From positions 1-64,000 of the forward strand of contig DF236971.1 in assembly GCA_000708835.1 (NCBI GenBank): DNA of 64,000 bases, read 5' to 3'. The DNA comes from Klebsormidium nitens (Eukaryota > Plantae > Klebsormidiophyceae). A program made the translations under genes and the position numbers. This document shows, in pieces, positions 60,001 to 64,000 of the stretch. The notes under the pieces are model-generated. The model saw nothing but the letters and a program-made list of their open reading frames with translations. It was not told where the DNA came from and made no database searches. Position 1 is the stretch's first letter, and each line of letters opens with the position of its first letter.

Positions 60001-63000
60001 TTCGCTGGTGACGGTGCCACTTTGGTCGCCGTATTGGAAGCACGCCAGCTGCATCGTCCTTCTCGCGCTCTGAAAGCAAGGGGAAGGAATATGGTCAATC
60101 GCGGTGCATTTCAAATACACCATGCTCGCGTTCTACGGCTGATCCAAAAATGAGTGGTATGGCTTTGACCACTCTCAGCTCAGACATTCAGTACATTCTA
60201 TGTTTTGGGTGTCCTTCTCAGCACGACGCAGGGTCGGCTCACAGATTTGGCTTTTGCTTACATTATTTTCACACGGTAATCGGCAGAAACTGAAAGGTAA
60301 TATCACGCTGCTTTCTGATTTAAAAAGTGTCTAAATTGCATGGTATTTGCTTTCAAGAGCGGTACGGCCCCGTCAGACGTCCTGCGCTCGAAGACCAAAT
60401 ATGTTGAAAGTACAAACTCTTCCAGAGGTCAAGTGACGTCACATACAACGACAGCACTCACGTCATATGTGGCCACCGTCTCGGGCAGGGGCGGCACGGG
60501 GTCCAGCCGCTGCAGCTCCTCGAGCTCGCGCACTTTGCTTCGTCCCCGCTCCGCGCAGGCCTGCAAAACGTGGAGACGTGAAATCAGGCCGCGCACTTGC
60601 TTTCTTCCAATAGTTACAAACTTGCAAGGTCTTCTGAGTTGGACCGGTTGTTGCAAGAAGCGGAGCGCTCTGCGAGAAGCCATGTGGCCCGACCTTTCGC
60701 CATCGTTGTTGCGAGGTCGAAGAGAGGATGATAAAGTAATCAACCAGGTTCGACTCGGTTTGGTCCGCTAGGCAATACCCCTCGCACGCGGTCACCTCCA
60801 TCTGGCAGCGCCATTCAAGGTACGAAACCAGGAAATCAATCATCGTTTTTTTTCGTCAATAAGAAAGTCCAACTAGCAAAAAGCAGGTCTAGACTTACTG
60901 GTCCCACTTTTCCACTAGGCCATATCCCTCGCACGCGGTTGACTGGCAGCGCCAGCCGGAGATGCATCCAAACAACCAGCCAGTTGTCTACGTCCATTTA
61001 CCCTCCTGATCAGAAACAAGCGGGTATGTAAGCGGTAGGCTAGACCCACCTTGGCCTTGTCCCGGTATTCCGCCAGGCAATACCCCTCGCACGCGGTCAG
61101 GTACAGCTGGCAGCGCCACTCGAGGTGCCGCGGCGCGCACAGCGCGACCTGCGACTCCATGGCCGCGATCGCGGATACCACGAACTCGAGCGTTTCCGAC
61201 GCAAGCGACGCGGCCATTAGGGGCTGAACCGACGACCAGATGTGGACCGTGCCTGGAAAACAGAAAATGGGGAGAGTGAGCGTCTCAAACCTCTATCCGT
61301 GTGGATGTCGTCTGACTAGAATGACTCACAAAAGGCGGAGGGAAGGGACTTGAGTGAGAATCTGATCGAGGACATGAAGCCGCCAACCCTACGAGAGCCC
61401 CCTAAAGGAAATCTGCATATTGTCTCGCTTCAGGGCTTGAGTCTCCACTTAAGAAAGCTCATTGTCGCAACGATCAGAATTTGGCATTAATGTCTATCGG
61501 CTTTAACTGGAATAGCTTCCAATGAGGAAGACGGGGCAACGGGAATTGGGTGCGCCTTGAAGAGGCCAAGATGAGAAATCTTCGAGCGAGTCTACCTGGA
61601 TTATAGCCAGAAGTTCTTCCTTATTTTCCAAGCAGGTTTGAAGAGCGCACACCTTCCGACAGATGCAAGTCAGGGACGAACGGATTTAAAACATGTCAGT
61701 TACAAAGAGCGCGCGTGCTCACTCTGCAATGTTATTCTCACGTCAGTTTCCTTAAAGAAAGCAGAACATGCCAAAGTCGAAAGCAAAAAGGTATTTGCAC
61801 CATTTAGCGCCAGCCAGTAGAGCTCCTCATGCTCCAAAAGCGAGTCCCCCAGCGCTGCTTTCATTTCTCCCAGCGCAGTCAGTGCCCCCTTCAGGGTTTT
61901 GGGGTTTTGGAACGTCGGGTCCCCGCACCGAAGCTCCTGAAAACTGCATAGCGCCGCCCCGTAGCGCGCCTGAACGTTGCAGGTGAGCAGCGGAAGCTGA
62001 GCGGGGTTGGCGGGTTTGAGAATGGAAGTCCTGCGGGCGACGGGGAGGAAACAGGAGTGTCGGGCCAGATGGAATGCCTGCAGAAGGGGAGGCCGGAACA
62101 TTTTTGAATCTTTCGAAGCTTTCGAATTTTGAGGAGGAGAGGTGCCAATACCAAGTCACATGTGGCCCCTGCGGTAGAATTCAGTTTGTGTCAACTCAAC
62201 AAGCCTCAACTTCAAAGGCTGCCCTCTTAAGCTCCTAGCAACAGAAAACCACCACCGTAACCTTGTGGCAGTGCGCTGTTGCCTGCAGCCTCATCCACAA
62301 CTTTTGCAGCCCCTTGCTGCTGTGTCTATTCGTCAGCCAGGCTGTCTTCATTAATGCACCTCAACTGTGGGGCTTCCATAGAAGACAAACTACGAGAGTT
62401 GGGGTGGCGTTGAGACCTGACAGTTTACCTCTCGTTTGAAGAGAAGGTCGCCCAATTGAAGCAGCCGGGGCGCAAAAACAGGGACTGACAGCTTGGGGGT
62501 GAAGTGTTCAAGTAGCTCGGCCAGCTTCCGTGCAACGGGGTTTGGGAACCTGTCACCAGAAGCAATCCACATTCTTTTTCCCTTGAGTAAGCATAGCATG
62601 ACGGCGCAAGTCAGAACTCAATTTAATTTCACTGATGCTCTTTTGTGACATGAAAGGCACTGGGATCAATAGAATCTTCCAATACATGCTCATAGCTAGA
62701 GGTCTGATAGAAAGCTGAAAGAGAGCTCATATGCCTCGCCAGCATGTTTCGACAATCTCCATGAAAAGCAGTTCTCCTTGATGAAGGTGGTGACACGAGC
62801 AGGTGCTGCAAAGAGGACCAGCTCTTTGCAACGCTGCAGAGAACTTTATCAAGGAGAGAAAAGGCTCCTCCCAAACCAGAATGTTGATACTCTAGTCTTA
62901 CCTAGCTCCCAGCGGTGCCCCTTTCAGTACTTTGCTGAACTCGAGGTTGAATGCAGCAAGAACCGCTGCCTCCCCCATCTTTGCGATCGCCGAACAGCAG

Positions 63001-63780
63001 CTCTCTCAGCTCATATGCATCCCAATATTGATACACACAGTGCCACTACAACAACCTTACTACGTTGGTGTCAGCACCTTCGAGGCACATTGAGGGCAGG
63101 TTGCAAGAAAAAAAGAGCTCAGAAGGGGCAAAACTTGAGGTTTGATACATCAGATCATCTACATACACAGATGCTAGCGCTGTCGGCTTGCGCTTGCATC
63201 AACAAGCTAGCTTCTGAAGCGTACAATTTCAAGCATTTCCTCCATCTCAAGCACCTCGTAAACCCTAATCTCGAGCAGAAATTTCTGAAACCGTCGATGA
63301 AGGTAGCACTCTTGTAGATCGGTAGATCGCACGGCTGAGAAAGCTCTGGTTGCCACTCGCGCACAGGTTTACCTCAAATTCAAAGGAAGCAGTTGTCCAA
63401 ACTGTGCAACATATGCAATTGCCCTGAACGAAGCACAAATCGGAAGGCTGAAGCCTGAAGGCTGAAGCGCAGCCCAAATCTTTCCCAGGAAACATGTATT
63501 TTGAGAGCCTGGGGTTCAATGGCAGGAGCGCTACGAGCTTATGAGCTCAGCAACTCCAAGGGCTTTGTTTCTGTCGACGTCAGTTGGCGCGCTAGGCGAT
63601 GCGAAAGAGCCGGAAAGTGAACGAGGTAACGGAAGGACTGGATTGGGACTTTCAAAACAATTTGAAAGAAGTGCAATTAACAGCTATCTTTTCAAGCTCT
63701 TTAGCAGAACTAGTAGCATGCGTAGAACTAAGCACCTGACCTGTGCCGTGAAAGAACTCAGGCTGAGCCATGGGTGCCAT
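48062..63780 (-). CDS. CFAP54: Cilia- and flagella-associated protein 54 (central-pair C1d projection), very large multi-exon gene containing an assembly gap
   Basis: Several segments match CFAP54 as recalled: MAPMAQPEFFHG|TVWTTASFEFE (exons 63780-63741 and 63401-63373), FTPKLSVPVFAPRLLQLGDLLFKRE|AFHLARHSCF, LLEHEELYWLALNG|TVHIWSSVQPLM...LEWRCQLYLTACEGY, GKPVAYAVFGKVAGSGVGVSLHNTDFPGTG, and VTGLTPNERYIFALAFYDATGALIDTIGPSTAPV. Long helical exons lie at 58886-57930, 55046-54462, 54149-52560, 51900-49810 and 49279-48062 (stop). Confidence 0.88.
54208..54461. other. Assembly gap (254 N) inside the CFAP54 locus
   Basis: Run of N bases in the sequence. Confidence 1.
60765..61130 (-). repeat. Two degenerate intronic copies of a CFAP54 exon 3' segment
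   Basis: The real exon segment (LEWRCQLYLTACEGYCLAE, about 61070-61125) is echoed at about 60917-60955 and about 60767-60830 (LEWRCQMEVTACEGYCLAD). Confidence 0.8.
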
Positions 63781-63994
63781 GCGGCACTTTCTGAGCTGGC
63801 TTAGCTGGAACAGGCAAACACCAGATCCGTCTGCTGGAGCCTTGAAGAGGAGCGGATCCGAGCTCTCATTCCTCACTGCAAATGACACCGAAGAGCAACA
63901 TGAAGATGGTCAAGGATTTGGTGGCCGAGCTCTGGTGTCAAAGGCCGGGGAAGAGAGTGACGACACTGTGCCTGAGATCACGCCTCTCCCATGG
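63770..63994 (+). CDS. Possible first exon of an unknown gene continuing off-window
   Basis: A 75-aa ORF with acidic, disordered composition (TEEQHEDGQG...EESDDTVPEITPLPW) ends at a canonical donor ATG|GTGAGC. No homology recognised, and it overlaps the CFAP54 start. Confidence 0.4.
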
Positions 63995-64000
63995 TGAGCA

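Noticed and set aside
1-64000. tRNA, rRNA, snRNA genes and autonomous transposons
   Set aside because: I saw no cloverleaf, rRNA-like, RT, integrase or transposase motifs by eye. A tRNAscan/Infernal/RepeatMasker run would be needed to exclude small or degenerate elements.

Overview
Eukaryotic nuclear DNA that is intron-rich with GT-AG splice sites. It has one 254-nt N gap, and I recognised no rRNA, tRNA, CRISPR array or intact mobile element. Gene content (CFAP54 for flagella, an F-box/LRR protein, a plant-type DnaJ zinc finger) and intron style suggest a streptophyte green alga such as Klebsormidium; this is inference. I reconstructed nine multi-exon genes and one possible first exon by hand: a secreted beta-propeller-like protein (-, runs toward the left edge), an F-box/LRR protein (+), an EB1 C-terminal (EBH) domain protein with no visible CH domain (-), a large EF-hand/CTFxP-repeat coiled-coil protein (+), a DnaJ-type CxxCxGxG zinc-finger protein (-), a secreted bacterial-type vanadium haloperoxidase (+), a 130-aa secreted amphipathic protein (-), a secreted bacterial-type SBP56/methanethiol-oxidase-family propeller (+) and CFAP54 (-). 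The main candidate system is the 29.6-47.0 kb trio of secreted proteins: an H2O2-consuming haloperoxidase, an amphipathic surface protein and a Cu-enzyme-family SBP56 protein. The last two share a divergent promoter dense in GTAC cores of the copper-response-element type. Two window-wide signals also stand out: the palindrome TGACGTCA is about 25-fold over-represented, including inside coding exons, and degenerate tandem copies of exon ends recur in the adjacent introns. All counts and exon coordinates were made by eye and should be verified computationally.
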